NCBI GenBank assembly: GCA_946056155.1
Contig: CAMGIP010000001.1
Coordinates: forward strand, 1-59,652
Source: an uncultured Mediterranea sp.
Lineage (GTDB): Bacteria; Bacteroidota; Bacteroidia; Bacteroidales; Bacteroidaceae
Length of the DNA: 59,652 bases
Reading direction: 5' to 3'
A program made the position numbers and the translations under genes. Every line of letters starts with the position of its first letter. Position 1 is the stretch's first letter. The notes beneath the pieces are model-generated. The model was not told the origin of the DNA. It made no database searches and saw nothing but the letters and a program-made list of their open reading frames with translations. Below are positions 36,568-46,872 of the stretch, piece by piece.

Positions 36568-38436
36568 ATGAGAAGAATAGCATGGATAGGTCTTTTGATT
36601 TCCTGTCATCTAGTGGCTGTAGCTCAGGAACTGCTTGTAGAAGCAGAGAGCTTCAGTCACCGAGGAGGATGGGTTCTGGACCAACAGTTTATGGATCAGA
36701 TGGGTTCTCCCTATCTGATGGCTCACGGTATGGGAGTGCCGGTGGAGGATGCCTCTACAGACATTGAGATACCAGAGGCGGCTACCTATGCGGTCTATGT
36801 GAGAACATACAACTGGACTTCCCCCTGGAGCAAGGCTGAAGGGCCGGGGCGCTTCCGCTTGGCTGTAGGGGGCAAATGGATGAAAACAATTTTAGGACAT
36901 CAAGGGGAGTCATGGCAATGGCAGCTGGCTGGAAAAGTCTCGTTGAAAGCGGGGAGAACAACTCTCGCGCTGAAGGACCTCACGGGATTTGATGGTCGGT
37001 GCGATGCAGTTTATCTCTCGGCTGACCCTGCTGTGGATCCTCGTCAATGGAACTGTGCGGAAACTGCAACCTTGCGTGAACGGCTAAGACCTGCGCAATC
37101 ACCGAACACGGCACGCTATGATTTCGTGGTCATCGGTGGTGGAGTAGCTGGAATGTGTGCTGCTGTGTCGGCGGCCCGCTTAGGCTGTAAAGTGGCCTTG
37201 GTCAACGACCGTCCGGTGCTGGGCGGAAACAACTCATCGGAGGTGCGCGTTCATCTCGGGGGAATCATCGAGACAGGACCAAATCCGGGATTGGGACGTA
37301 TGATCCGTGAGTTTGGCCATGAGCGTTCGGGAAATGCCAAACCTGGCGAGTACTACGAGGACCAGAAGAAAAAGGAGTTCATTGCTGCCGAGCAGAATAT
37401 TACGCTTTATGAATCGCAACGCGCTGTAGGGGTATCGATGAGCGGAGAACGCATTGCCTCCGTCACCATACAGCATATCGAAACGGGTGAGCGCACGCAG
37501 CTCTCTGCTCCCCTCTTCAGCGACTGTACCGGGGATGCTGTGATAGGCTATCTAGCTGGAGCCGACTGGACGATGGGGCGTGAGGGACGTGACGAGTATG
37601 GAGAGAGCCTTGCCCCGCAAGTGCCCGACTCTTTGGTTATGGGTGCCTCTGTACAATGGTATAGCAGGGAGGATGTCAAGAAGAGTGCTTTCCCTGATTT
37701 TGAATACGGAATGGAGTTTAACGAGAAAAACTGCGAACCTGTCACCATGGGAGAGTGGAAGTGGGAAACGGGCATGAACCGCAACCAGATTGAGGAGGCT
37801 GAACGCGTACGCGATTACGGCTTGTTGGTCATCTATTCCAACTGGAGTTTCCTGAAGAACCGATATACCGGCCGGGCGAAGTTTGCTCGTCGTTCGCTGG
37901 ATTGGGTGGCTTACATCGCCGGTAAGCGCGAATCACGGCGTCTTTTAGGCGACTATGTCCTCGCACAGGATGACATCGACAAGAATGTGTCGCATGAGGA
38001 TGCATCGTTCACCACCACCTGGAGCATCGACCTTCATTTCCCTGACAGTATCAATAGCTCCCACTTCCCGGGCAAGGAGTTCAAGTCGGCCACGGTACAC
38101 CGTTGGATACATCCTTACGCTGTACCCTATCGTTGCCTCTATTCGCGCAACGTGCCTAATCTTTTCATGGCGGGCCGTAACATGAGCTGTACCCATGTGG
38201 CTCTTGGCACCGTGCGTGTCATGCGTACCACAGGGATGATGGGTGAGGTAGTGGGCATTGCAGCGGCTATCTGCCATAAGCATGGTGTGGAGCCGCGGGA
38301 TGTCTATCACCACCATCTGCCCGAACTCAAACAGTACATGAAAATCGGTATGGGAAAGGAAAATATGCCCGATAACCAACACTTTAACGAACCAAATAAA
38401 CTATTGGATGTGCCCCGCATATTCATCAAACCCTAA
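36568..38436 (+). CDS. Exported FAD-dependent oxidoreductase (FAD_oxidored-like) with N-terminal CBM-like domain
   Basis: Sec signal; LVEAESF beta-sandwich start; VIGGGVAG; LGGNNSSE; DCTGD; KRESRR; VPYRCLYSRNVPNLFMAGR. Confidence 0.88.
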   Translation: MRRIAWIGLLISCHLVAVAQELLVEAESFSHRGGWVLDQQFMDQMGSPYLMAHGMGVPVEDASTDIEIPEAATYAVYVRTYNWTSPWSKAEGPGRFRLAVGGKWMKTILGHQGESWQWQLAGKVSLKAGRTTLALKDLTGFDGRCDAVYLSADPAVDPRQWNCAETATLRERLRPAQSPNTARYDFVVIGGGVAGMCAAVSAARLGCKVALVNDRPVLGGNNSSEVRVHLGGIIETGPNPGLGRMIREFGHERSGNAKPGEYYEDQKKKEFIAAEQNITLYESQRAVGVSMSGERIASVTIQHIETGERTQLSAPLFSDCTGDAVIGYLAGADWTMGREGRDEYGESLAPQVPDSLVMGASVQWYSREDVKKSAFPDFEYGMEFNEKNCEPVTMGEWKWETGMNRNQIEEAERVRDYGLLVIYSNWSFLKNRYTGRAKFARRSLDWVAYIAGKRESRRLLGDYVLAQDDIDKNVSHEDASFTTTWSIDLHFPDSINSSHFPGKEFKSATVHRWIHPYAVPYRCLYSRNVPNLFMAGRNMSCTHVALGTVRVMRTTGMMGEVVGIAAAICHKHGVEPRDVYHHHLPELKQYMKIGMGKENMPDNQHFNEPNKLLDVPRIFIKP

Positions 38437-38442
38437 TCTGTC

Positions 38443-40509
38443 ATGAGCAAAAAACATTTTATCGCGATAGTATTTTCGCTCTTCTTTCCACTGGTACCAT
38501 CTGCCGCTCCCCGCTACTATGCCTTTCTCAAGGGAGATACGTTGCACTTGGGCAATGAGCGGATGGAACGTCTGCTGCTCTGGAATGGTGGAGCCCCCAT
38601 CACCCTAGCACTGACGGACAAGCTCAACGGGACAACCATCAAAGCCCAAGGTAAGCATCCCGACTTCTCCATCGCCAAAGGCAAACCTCAGAAGTCTATG
38701 CTCACGGTGAGTGAGGTGTCTTCCAACGGCATCTCTGCTGACTTTCTTCAAGCCAGCATATTCTGCTCTATCGGCTCTCTGGATATTGAGCGTCGTTATC
38801 GTATCTATGCAGATTGTCCGGCCATAGCATGTGATACTTATCTTAGAGGGGAACTGAAGCTCCTGCAGGAAGAGAGTGGCCAACGTTCCAATGCCGACCG
38901 CAAAAACATTGAACATGAAGCGGATATGACCACAATAGTAAAGACTCCCACGTTGGACCGCTTGCAGCTGCAAGGCAATCATTGGTCATGCCGCAGTGTG
39001 GAGTTCTTTGACTATACGGACTGGAATGACAATCTAGTGACAGAGCGTACATGGTTTCCCTACCGGAGAAACAGCTATCGGGGTAATCTGCTTTTTGCTC
39101 AGGATATGGATGCTCGGCTAGGCTTCTTTTTCCTCAAGGAGGCTCCCTGTAGCAGCACGCAACTGCACTACAGAGGGAGCGATTTCGTGGCTGACTTCAG
39201 TGACTTTATGGTGGTAGGCTTTGGCATCTCTTCGGCCGATGTCAGACTAGACAGCTGGACACGGGTCTATGGGTGTGTTACGGGCGTATTCAGCGGTGGG
39301 GAGAGAGAGGCACTCATTGCCTTGCGTCACTATCAGAAGCAGTTGCGCTACCATGCGGCGGCTTCCGATGAGATGATTATGCTCAATACCTGGGGCGATC
39401 GCAGCCAGGATGCCAAGATTGATGAGGCCTTCTGCCTGACCGAACTGGAACGCGCATCCCGGTTGGGCATTACCCTTTTTCAGTTGGACGATGGCTGGCA
39501 GAGCGGCAGGAGTCCCAACTCCAAGACGGCCGGGGGATCCTTTAAGGATATCTGGAAAGATGAGACCTATTGGACCCCGAATAGCAAGAAGTTTCCGCGT
39601 GGCTTGAAGCCCATTGTGGAGAAAGGAGAGCGGTTGGGCATCCGTATCGGACTCTGGTTCAATCCCAGCATCCAGCATGATTTTGCCGACTGGGAGAAGG
39701 ATGCTGAGGTGATGATTGAACTGTACAAGAAGTACGGCATACGCTGTTTTAAGATTGACGGCCTCCAGATACCTTCAAAGAGGGCGGAGGAGAACCTCCG
39801 CAAGCTTTTTGACAAGGTACAGGAACAGACTCAATATCAGGTGGTTTTTAATCTTGATGCTACGGCTGGACGCCGCGGAGGGTACCACTACATGAACGAG
39901 TATGGCAATATCTTCCTTGAAAACCGCTATACCGACTGGGGAAATTATTATCCCTACCGTACCTTGCGCAACCTCTGGATGCTTTCCCGCTATGTGCCGG
40001 CTGAAAAATTACAGATAGAGTTTCTCAACAAGTGGCGGAACAGGGACAAGTATGAGGCTTCTGACCCCTTTGCGCCGGCTAACTACAACTTCGACTATCT
40101 CTTAGCCCTTACTCTCCCCGCTCAACCGTTGGCGTGGATGGAGGCTTCCAACCTGCCTGAAGAGGCATATGCCACAGGTAGTCTGCTCAAGAGATACCAA
40201 TCCCTACAGCTCGATTTCCATCAAGGGACGATACTGCCGGTAGGGGAGGAACCTTCCGGACGTTCCTGGACGGGATTCCAATCCATTGTGTCCGACCATG
40301 CAGGCTATCTTATGGTCTATCGTGAGGACAATGACCGCTTCTCTACGGAGCTGACAACCTGGCTACCCGAGGGCAGGAGACTCAAACTGACTCCCCTCTT
40401 GGGATGCGGCAAGGCATGGAAAGGAAAAGTTGGGGCAGAGGGCAGAATCCGACTCGCGTTGGAAAACAAGAACTCCTTTACTCTATATCGCTATGAACTG
40501 GATAGATAA
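38443..40509 (+). CDS. GH36-like alpha-galactosidase
   Basis: MLNTW; FQLDDGWQ; KFPRGL; GLWFNP; FKIDG (KxD nucleophile). Confidence 0.8.
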   Translation: MSKKHFIAIVFSLFFPLVPSAAPRYYAFLKGDTLHLGNERMERLLLWNGGAPITLALTDKLNGTTIKAQGKHPDFSIAKGKPQKSMLTVSEVSSNGISADFLQASIFCSIGSLDIERRYRIYADCPAIACDTYLRGELKLLQEESGQRSNADRKNIEHEADMTTIVKTPTLDRLQLQGNHWSCRSVEFFDYTDWNDNLVTERTWFPYRRNSYRGNLLFAQDMDARLGFFFLKEAPCSSTQLHYRGSDFVADFSDFMVVGFGISSADVRLDSWTRVYGCVTGVFSGGEREALIALRHYQKQLRYHAAASDEMIMLNTWGDRSQDAKIDEAFCLTELERASRLGITLFQLDDGWQSGRSPNSKTAGGSFKDIWKDETYWTPNSKKFPRGLKPIVEKGERLGIRIGLWFNPSIQHDFADWEKDAEVMIELYKKYGIRCFKIDGLQIPSKRAEENLRKLFDKVQEQTQYQVVFNLDATAGRRGGYHYMNEYGNIFLENRYTDWGNYYPYRTLRNLWMLSRYVPAEKLQIEFLNKWRNRDKYEASDPFAPANYNFDYLLALTLPAQPLAWMEASNLPEEAYATGSLLKRYQSLQLDFHQGTILPVGEEPSGRSWTGFQSIVSDHAGYLMVYREDNDRFSTELTTWLPEGRRLKLTPLLGCGKAWKGKVGAEGRIRLALENKNSFTLYRYELDR

Positions 40510-40601
40510 TCTATTGCAGAGAACCATATTGATTATCGCGATGGAATCAATGGATTACTAACAACATGTATATAATTACAGACAACAAATTTTGGGCAAA
40601 A

Positions 40602-41909
40602 ATGATGATTCATACATTACGACTTGTCTTTCTGCTGCTCTTTGCAGGAGCGCAGATGGTTTTATATGGACAACCTGCTGAAAGGTTGATCAAGGTATTG
40701 GTTACTCCCAACCATGTCGATTGGCTCTATCAACCTGGTGAGAATGTAAAATTCAAGGTCTCGGTGTTGAAGTGCAACGTTCCGCAACTTGACATGCAGA
40801 TACGTTATACCATCTCTGAAGATATGATGAATCCCCATATCAAGGGGGAGTGTACATTGAGGAAGGGGAGTGCAGAGATTGAGGCAGGCACGATGAAGAA
40901 GGAGGGATTCCTGCGCTGTATTGTGCATGTGGATTATCAGGGACGAGATTATGAGGGAATAGCTACGGTGGGATTCTCTCCTGAAAAGTTACGTCCTACG
41001 ACCCAGCTGCCCGACGATTTCCTTGAGTATTGGAACAAGGTGAAGCTGGATGCCCGGAAGTGGCCTTTAGAACCTATGATGACACTGGTGCCTGAACGGT
41101 GTACGGACAAGGTGAATGTCTATCATGTCTCCTTTGCCAGCAACGATTATGCTTCCCGTATTTACGGTATGCTGTGTGTACCCAAGTCTCCCGGCAAATA
41201 CCCTGCCATCCTGAAGGTACCGGGTGCAGGTGTACGGGCCTACAAGGGGGAGGTGGATCGAGCCTCCAAGGGAGTCATCATTTTGGAAATAGGTATTCAT
41301 GGCATTCCGGTCAATCTGAGCGATGAAGTTTATCACAGACTCTACAACGGTCCTTTGAAGCGCTACCATTCGTTCAATATGGAGAATCGGGACAAATACT
41401 ATTACAAGCGCGTCTATGCAGGTTGTGTGAGGGCGGTGGACTTTATCTACACCTTGCCTGAGTTCAACGGGCATGTGGCTACCTTTGGTGGAAGCCAAGG
41501 TGGAGCACTCTCCATCGTTACGGCGGCCTTGGATGAACGGATTTGTGGTTTGGTTTCCTACTATCCTGCTTTGTGTGACATTGTGGGCTATGTTCATGGT
41601 CGAGCTGGTGGATGGCCGCACAGTTTTAATGACAAGGAGAACTGGACTCCCGACAAAATACGCACCATGTCCTATTACGATGTCGTGAACTTTGCCCGCC
41701 AAATCAAGGTACCGGGATTCTATACCTGCGGCTACAACGATATGGTCTGTCCGCCTACCACCACCTTCTCTGCCTTCAACATGATTCAGGCTTCCAAGGA
41801 GATGTTTATAGCGGAGACAACGGCCCACTATGCATACATTGAACAGTCGAGTGCTGCTTGGAACTGGATCATGGAATTTCTGAAGGCACAGTCGTCTGTT
41901 TCTCGATAA
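40602..41909 (+). CDS. CE7/AXE1-family acetyl esterase (upstream ATG at 40566)
   Basis: PDDFLEYW; GGSQGG nucleophile elbow; YYDVVNFA; D.VCPP; catalytic His in TAH. Confidence 0.9.
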   Translation: MMIHTLRLVFLLLFAGAQMVLYGQPAERLIKVLVTPNHVDWLYQPGENVKFKVSVLKCNVPQLDMQIRYTISEDMMNPHIKGECTLRKGSAEIEAGTMKKEGFLRCIVHVDYQGRDYEGIATVGFSPEKLRPTTQLPDDFLEYWNKVKLDARKWPLEPMMTLVPERCTDKVNVYHVSFASNDYASRIYGMLCVPKSPGKYPAILKVPGAGVRAYKGEVDRASKGVIILEIGIHGIPVNLSDEVYHRLYNGPLKRYHSFNMENRDKYYYKRVYAGCVRAVDFIYTLPEFNGHVATFGGSQGGALSIVTAALDERICGLVSYYPALCDIVGYVHGRAGGWPHSFNDKENWTPDKIRTMSYYDVVNFARQIKVPGFYTCGYNDMVCPPTTTFSAFNMIQASKEMFIAETTAHYAYIEQSSAAWNWIMEFLKAQSSVSR

Positions 41910-41970
41910 GTTATTACTGATAATCAACCTGCTTGATGTTCAATAAGTCATCTATCAATAAAATATATCA

Positions 41971-43761
41971 ATGAAAACACGTCATTTTTTGTGGATTTGT
42001 CTGTTTGCATTGGCGGCTGTTGCCGTACGTTCCAATGCACAGGATTTGATAACGAATGTGTATGGGAGAAATAGGGTATCGCTGAATGGTAAGTGGAATG
42101 CCATTGTCGATTTGTACGACCAAGGTGAACGGATGAAGCTATACGAGAATCGGAAGCCGGTGGGGAATACTGACTTTTACGAGTATGCCTTTGAGGGGGG
42201 ATTGCGTCTGAACGTGCCGGGAGACTGGAATTCTCAGCTTTCTGAACTTAACTATTACGAAGGAACGGTATGGTATGCTCGCCATTTTGAGGCCCTTCCC
42301 CAGACCGACCAGCGTCAGTTCCTCTATTTTGCAGCTGTGAGCTATCGCTGCAAGGTTTACCTCAACGGCAAGTTCATTACAGAGCATGAGGGCGGTTTCA
42401 CCCCTTTTCAGGTGGAAGTGACTCAGTTGCTGAATAAGGGAGATAACTTCTTGGTGGTGCAAGTCAACAACCGCCGCTCGCAGGATGCAATACCTGCGTT
42501 GGCTTTCGACTGGTGGAATTATGGAGGCATTACGAGGGATGTATGGTTGGTGACAACTCCGCAACGGTTTATCATGGAGTATTTCGTGCAGTTGGACAAA
42601 TGTGATTCCGATAAGCTGGTGGCCTGTGTACAACTCTCTGAGAAGAGAGCAGGCGAAACGGTGAGCGTATCCATTCCTGAGCTGAAGATGAACATGGAGA
42701 TGACCACCGATGCAGATGGCAAGGCCGAGTCTGTCTGCCAGGTGAAGAGACTACAACGGTGGTCTCCCGATACTCCCAAGCTCTACCAAGTCTATATTAC
42801 CTCTGCTACTGATCGGGTGGAGGAGGAAATAGGATTTCGGAATATTATGGTCAAAGGTACAGATATCTATCTCAACGACAAGCCGATATTTATGTGCAGC
42901 GTCTCTTTTCACGAAGAGATACCCCAACGTAAGGGAAGGGCTTTTTCTGAGGCGGATGCTGCCATGTTGCTTCACGAAGCCAAGGCGCTTGGGGTGAACA
43001 TGATACGGTTGGCCCATTATCCACAGAACGAATATACGGTCCGCATGGCCGAGAAGATGGGCTTTATTCTTTGGCAGGAAATCCCCATTTGGCAAGGCAT
43101 TGACTTTGCAGACCGGGGAACGCAAAAGAAGGCGCAGCAGATGCTGGCTGAGATGATTAAGCGCGACCAGAACCGGTGTGCTGTGGGTTATTGGGGTATT
43201 GCCAATGAGACGCAACCCTCCAAGGAGAGAAATGAGTTTCTGTCTTCGTTGTTGGAGGCGGGTAAACAGATAGATACCACGCGGCTCTATGTAGCTGCTT
43301 TTGATCTGGTTCGGTTCAATGAGCAGAAACAGCGTTTTGTCATGGAGGATGAGTTCACCGCCAAACTGGATGTGGTGGCGGTGAACAAGTACATGGGGTG
43401 GTACCATCCCTGGCCGGTGAAACCGGATGATGCAATATGGGAAGTGGTATCTGACAAACCGCTGATAATCTCCGAGTTTGGCGGGGAGGCACTGAAAGGA
43501 CAGTCGGGCAATGCGCAAGTGGCCAGTTCATGGAGTGAAGAGTATCAGGAGCAACTCTATCTCGATAATATCCGTATGTTTGAACAGATACCCAATTTGC
43601 GTGGAGTCTCGCCTTGGGTCCTGTTTGACTTCCGGTCACCCTTCCGTTTTCATCCTACCCATCAGGAGGGGTGGAACAGAAAGGGGCTTGTGTCTGACCG
43701 GGGAGAGCGTAAAAAAGCATGGTATGTGATGAGGGATTTCTTTGAGAAAAAGAGAAAATAG
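41971..43761 (+). CDS. GH2 beta-glucuronidase
   Basis: VPGDWN; HEGGFTPF; DWWNYGGI; RLAHYPQ; ANE; ISEFG; WNRKG (NxKG glucuronate motif). Confidence 0.9.
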   Translation: MKTRHFLWICLFALAAVAVRSNAQDLITNVYGRNRVSLNGKWNAIVDLYDQGERMKLYENRKPVGNTDFYEYAFEGGLRLNVPGDWNSQLSELNYYEGTVWYARHFEALPQTDQRQFLYFAAVSYRCKVYLNGKFITEHEGGFTPFQVEVTQLLNKGDNFLVVQVNNRRSQDAIPALAFDWWNYGGITRDVWLVTTPQRFIMEYFVQLDKCDSDKLVACVQLSEKRAGETVSVSIPELKMNMEMTTDADGKAESVCQVKRLQRWSPDTPKLYQVYITSATDRVEEEIGFRNIMVKGTDIYLNDKPIFMCSVSFHEEIPQRKGRAFSEADAAMLLHEAKALGVNMIRLAHYPQNEYTVRMAEKMGFILWQEIPIWQGIDFADRGTQKKAQQMLAEMIKRDQNRCAVGYWGIANETQPSKERNEFLSSLLEAGKQIDTTRLYVAAFDLVRFNEQKQRFVMEDEFTAKLDVVAVNKYMGWYHPWPVKPDDAIWEVVSDKPLIISEFGGEALKGQSGNAQVASSWSEEYQEQLYLDNIRMFEQIPNLRGVSPWVLFDFRSPFRFHPTHQEGWNRKGLVSDRGERKKAWYVMRDFFEKKRK

Positions 43762-43802
43762 TAGTGCTATACATATTGTTAATATCGTAAAACCTGTTCG
43801 TT

Positions 43803-46793
43803 ATGAGACAGATACAGAAGAGTATGCTGACTTTTTTGCTGACTTTCATGTGGCTGTTGGGGGCATATAGTCAAGAGAAAGTGGTGAAGATATTGGCCAT
43901 AGGCAACAGCTTCTCCCAGGATGCGGTGGAACAGTACCTGCATGAACTGGCGGAGGCGGAAGGTAAGTCTGTGGTGATTGGAAACATGTTTATCGGGGGA
44001 TGTTCTTTGGAGCGGCATGTGAACAATGCAAGAAACAACGCACCGGCGTATGCCTATCGGAAGATAGGGCTGGATGGTAAGAAACATGAACTGAAGAAAG
44101 TCTCCTTGGAGAATGCTCTAAAGGATGAGGAATGGGACTATGTGAGTCTGCAGCAGGCAAGCCCCTTCTCGGGTCTTTATAATACTTATGAGGCCTCCCT
44201 GCCAGAACTGATGGAGTACGTTAAGGCACGACTGCCCAAGAAGTGTCAGCTGATGCTGCATCAGACATGGGCGTATGCGGCATCGTCTAACAACAGCGGA
44301 TTCAAGAACTATAACCGCGACCAGTTGACCATGTATCATGCCATTACTGATGCCGTACGCAAAGCTGCCAAGAAGAATAGAATCAAAATCATTATCCCTT
44401 CCGGCACGGCCATTCAGAATGCGCGCACCTCTTTCATCGGCGACCATTTGGATAGAGACGGCTACCACTTGGACGTGAAAGTGGGCAGATATACCGCTGC
44501 ATGTGCTTGGTTTGAGCGAATTTTTCATTCCAGTGTACTTGATAATACTTTCAAACCTGAGGGCTTGGATGAGAAACGGGCTTCGATAGCCCGGCAGGCT
44601 GCACATGCTGCGGTGAAGCATCCCTTTGTCATCACCGACCTCTCCTCCGCTGAAGGAGCCGACGTCATGTTGTACAAGGAGGCAACTGCTCCAGTGGAGC
44701 AGCGGGTGGAGGATTTGCTGTCACGGATGACATTAGAAGAGAAAGTGATGCAACTGAACCAATATACGTTGGGACGCAACAACAATGTGAACAATGTGGG
44801 AGAGGTGGTCAAGACCATTCCTGCTGAGATAGGCTCTTTAATCTATTTCGAGACCACCCCCGAGCTGCGCAACAACATGCAGCGAAGAGCCATGGAGGAG
44901 TCGCGCCTCGGCATCCCTATTCTCTTTGGATATGATGCCATACATGGCTTCCGCACCATCTATCCTATCTCGCTGGCACAGGCCTGCTCCTGGAACCCCA
45001 CGTTGGTAGAAGAGGCTTGTGCCGTTTCTGCCCAGGAGGCGCGTATGTCTGGAGTAGATTGGACCTTCTCTCCGATGATTGATGTAGCCCGTGACCCCCG
45101 TTGGGGACGGGTCGCTGAGGGGTATGGTGAGGACCCCTACACCAACGGCATTTTTGGTGCTGCTTCGGTTAGGGGTTACCAAGGCAATGACCTGTCAGCC
45201 GAAGACCGTGTGGCAGCTTGTCTCAAGCACTATGTGGGATATGGCGCTTCCGAGGCAGGCAGAGACTATGTATATACCGAGATCTCCAATCAGACGCTTT
45301 GGGATACCTATCTGTTGCCTTACCGCATGGGGGTGGAGGCCGGTGCAGCTACGCTAATGAGCTCCTTTAATGATATCAGTGGCATACCTGGGTCGGCCAA
45401 CTTCTATACCCTTACTGAAATTCTGAAGAACCGCTGGAAACACGACGGCTTTGTCGTCTCCGACTGGGGAGCTATAGAGCAGCTGAAGAACCAAGGCTTG
45501 ACGGCCACCAAAAAGGAGGCAGCCCGATATGCTTTCAGCGCTGGATTGGAGATGGATATGATGTCTCATGCCTACGACCGTCATCTTCAAGAGCTGGTGA
45601 AGGAGGGGAAGATTTCCATGAACCAGGTTGATGAGGCCGTTCGTCGGGTATTGCGATTGAAGTTTCGTCTCGGGCTGTTTGAACATCCCTATACTCCTAT
45701 TACGAGAGAGGGTGACCGTTTCCTCAGGCCCAAGAGCAAGCAGACGGCTGCCCGTTTAGCGGCAGAGTCTATGGTGCTTCTAAAGAATGAGAACCATACC
45801 TTACCATTGATCGAGAGCAAAAAGATTGCCGTGATAGGCCCGATGGCCAAGAATGGCTGGGACCTGTTGGGATCCTGGTGCGGACACGGTAAAGATACGG
45901 ATGTGGAGATGCTCTACGACGGATTGGTGGCTGAATTCTCCGGCAAGGCAGAGCTGAGGTATGCCAAGGGGTGCGCTACTCATGGGGATAACCGTGAAGG
46001 GTTTGCTGAGGCGTTGGAGCTTGCTCGCTGGTCGGATGTTGTGGTGCTCTGCTTGGGAGAGATGATGACCTGGAGTGGAGAGAATGCCTCCCGTTCCTCC
46101 ATCGCTTTGCCACAGATTCAGGAGGAGCTGGCCAAAGAACTGAAGCGTGCAGGTAAGCCGATGGTACTGGTGCTGGTCAATGGCCGTCCCCTCGAACTGA
46201 ATCGTCTGGAGCCTCTTTCGGATGCCATACTGGAAATCTGGCAACCGGGTATTCTTGGGGCAACGCCTATGGCAGGCATCCTCTCGGGTCGCATTAATCC
46301 TTCGGGACGGTTGGCCATTACTTTCCCCTACAGTACCGGACAGATTCCCATTTACTACAATCGGCGCAAGAGCGGTCGAGGACATCAGGGATTTTACAAG
46401 GATATCACGAGTGAACCGCTCTATCCTTTCGGTCACGGTTTGAGCTATACTGAGTTCACGTATAGTAGCATCAGGCTATCTGCCAGCCAGATTCGTCGTG
46501 GCGATAAACTAACGGCTGAGGTTTCGGTGACCAATGTCGGCAAACGCGATGGTGAAGAGACGGTTCACTGGTTTGTCTCCGACCCTTATTGCTCCATTAC
46601 ACGCCCCGTAAAGGAACTCAAATATTTTGAGAAACAACTCATTCCGGTAGGCGAGACCCGTACATTCCGTTTTGAAATAGATACAGTGCGCGATTTTAGC
46701 TTTGTTAACGATGATGGACAATATTTTCTTGAATCTGGCGACTTCCAGATTCAAGTCAAAGGTCAGACGGCTACGATTGAATTGGTGGATTAA
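43803..46793 (+). CDS. SGNH-type (DUF4886-like) domain fused to GH3 beta-glucosidase (BglX-like)
   Basis: AIGNSFS and DGYH in first ~285 aa; then DAIHG, RDPRWGR, LKHY, VSDW, GENASR, Fn3-like C-terminus. Confidence 0.9.
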   Translation: MRQIQKSMLTFLLTFMWLLGAYSQEKVVKILAIGNSFSQDAVEQYLHELAEAEGKSVVIGNMFIGGCSLERHVNNARNNAPAYAYRKIGLDGKKHELKKVSLENALKDEEWDYVSLQQASPFSGLYNTYEASLPELMEYVKARLPKKCQLMLHQTWAYAASSNNSGFKNYNRDQLTMYHAITDAVRKAAKKNRIKIIIPSGTAIQNARTSFIGDHLDRDGYHLDVKVGRYTAACAWFERIFHSSVLDNTFKPEGLDEKRASIARQAAHAAVKHPFVITDLSSAEGADVMLYKEATAPVEQRVEDLLSRMTLEEKVMQLNQYTLGRNNNVNNVGEVVKTIPAEIGSLIYFETTPELRNNMQRRAMEESRLGIPILFGYDAIHGFRTIYPISLAQACSWNPTLVEEACAVSAQEARMSGVDWTFSPMIDVARDPRWGRVAEGYGEDPYTNGIFGAASVRGYQGNDLSAEDRVAACLKHYVGYGASEAGRDYVYTEISNQTLWDTYLLPYRMGVEAGAATLMSSFNDISGIPGSANFYTLTEILKNRWKHDGFVVSDWGAIEQLKNQGLTATKKEAARYAFSAGLEMDMMSHAYDRHLQELVKEGKISMNQVDEAVRRVLRLKFRLGLFEHPYTPITREGDRFLRPKSKQTAARLAAESMVLLKNENHTLPLIESKKIAVIGPMAKNGWDLLGSWCGHGKDTDVEMLYDGLVAEFSGKAELRYAKGCATHGDNREGFAEALELARWSDVVVLCLGEMMTWSGENASRSSIALPQIQEELAKELKRAGKPMVLVLVNGRPLELNRLEPLSDAILEIWQPGILGATPMAGILSGRINPSGRLAITFPYSTGQIPIYYNRRKSGRGHQGFYKDITSEPLYPFGHGLSYTEFTYSSIRLSASQIRRGDKLTAEVSVTNVGKRDGEETVHWFVSDPYCSITRPVKELKYFEKQLIPVGETRTFRFEIDTVRDFSFVNDDGQYFLESGDFQIQVKGQTATIELVD

Positions 46794-46872
46794 TGAGCTT
46801 GTCAATTTGTTAACTTATCAACTCCAAACAATGCGAAACTTGAATTAAAATGTCATTTCCAAGAGAATAACC

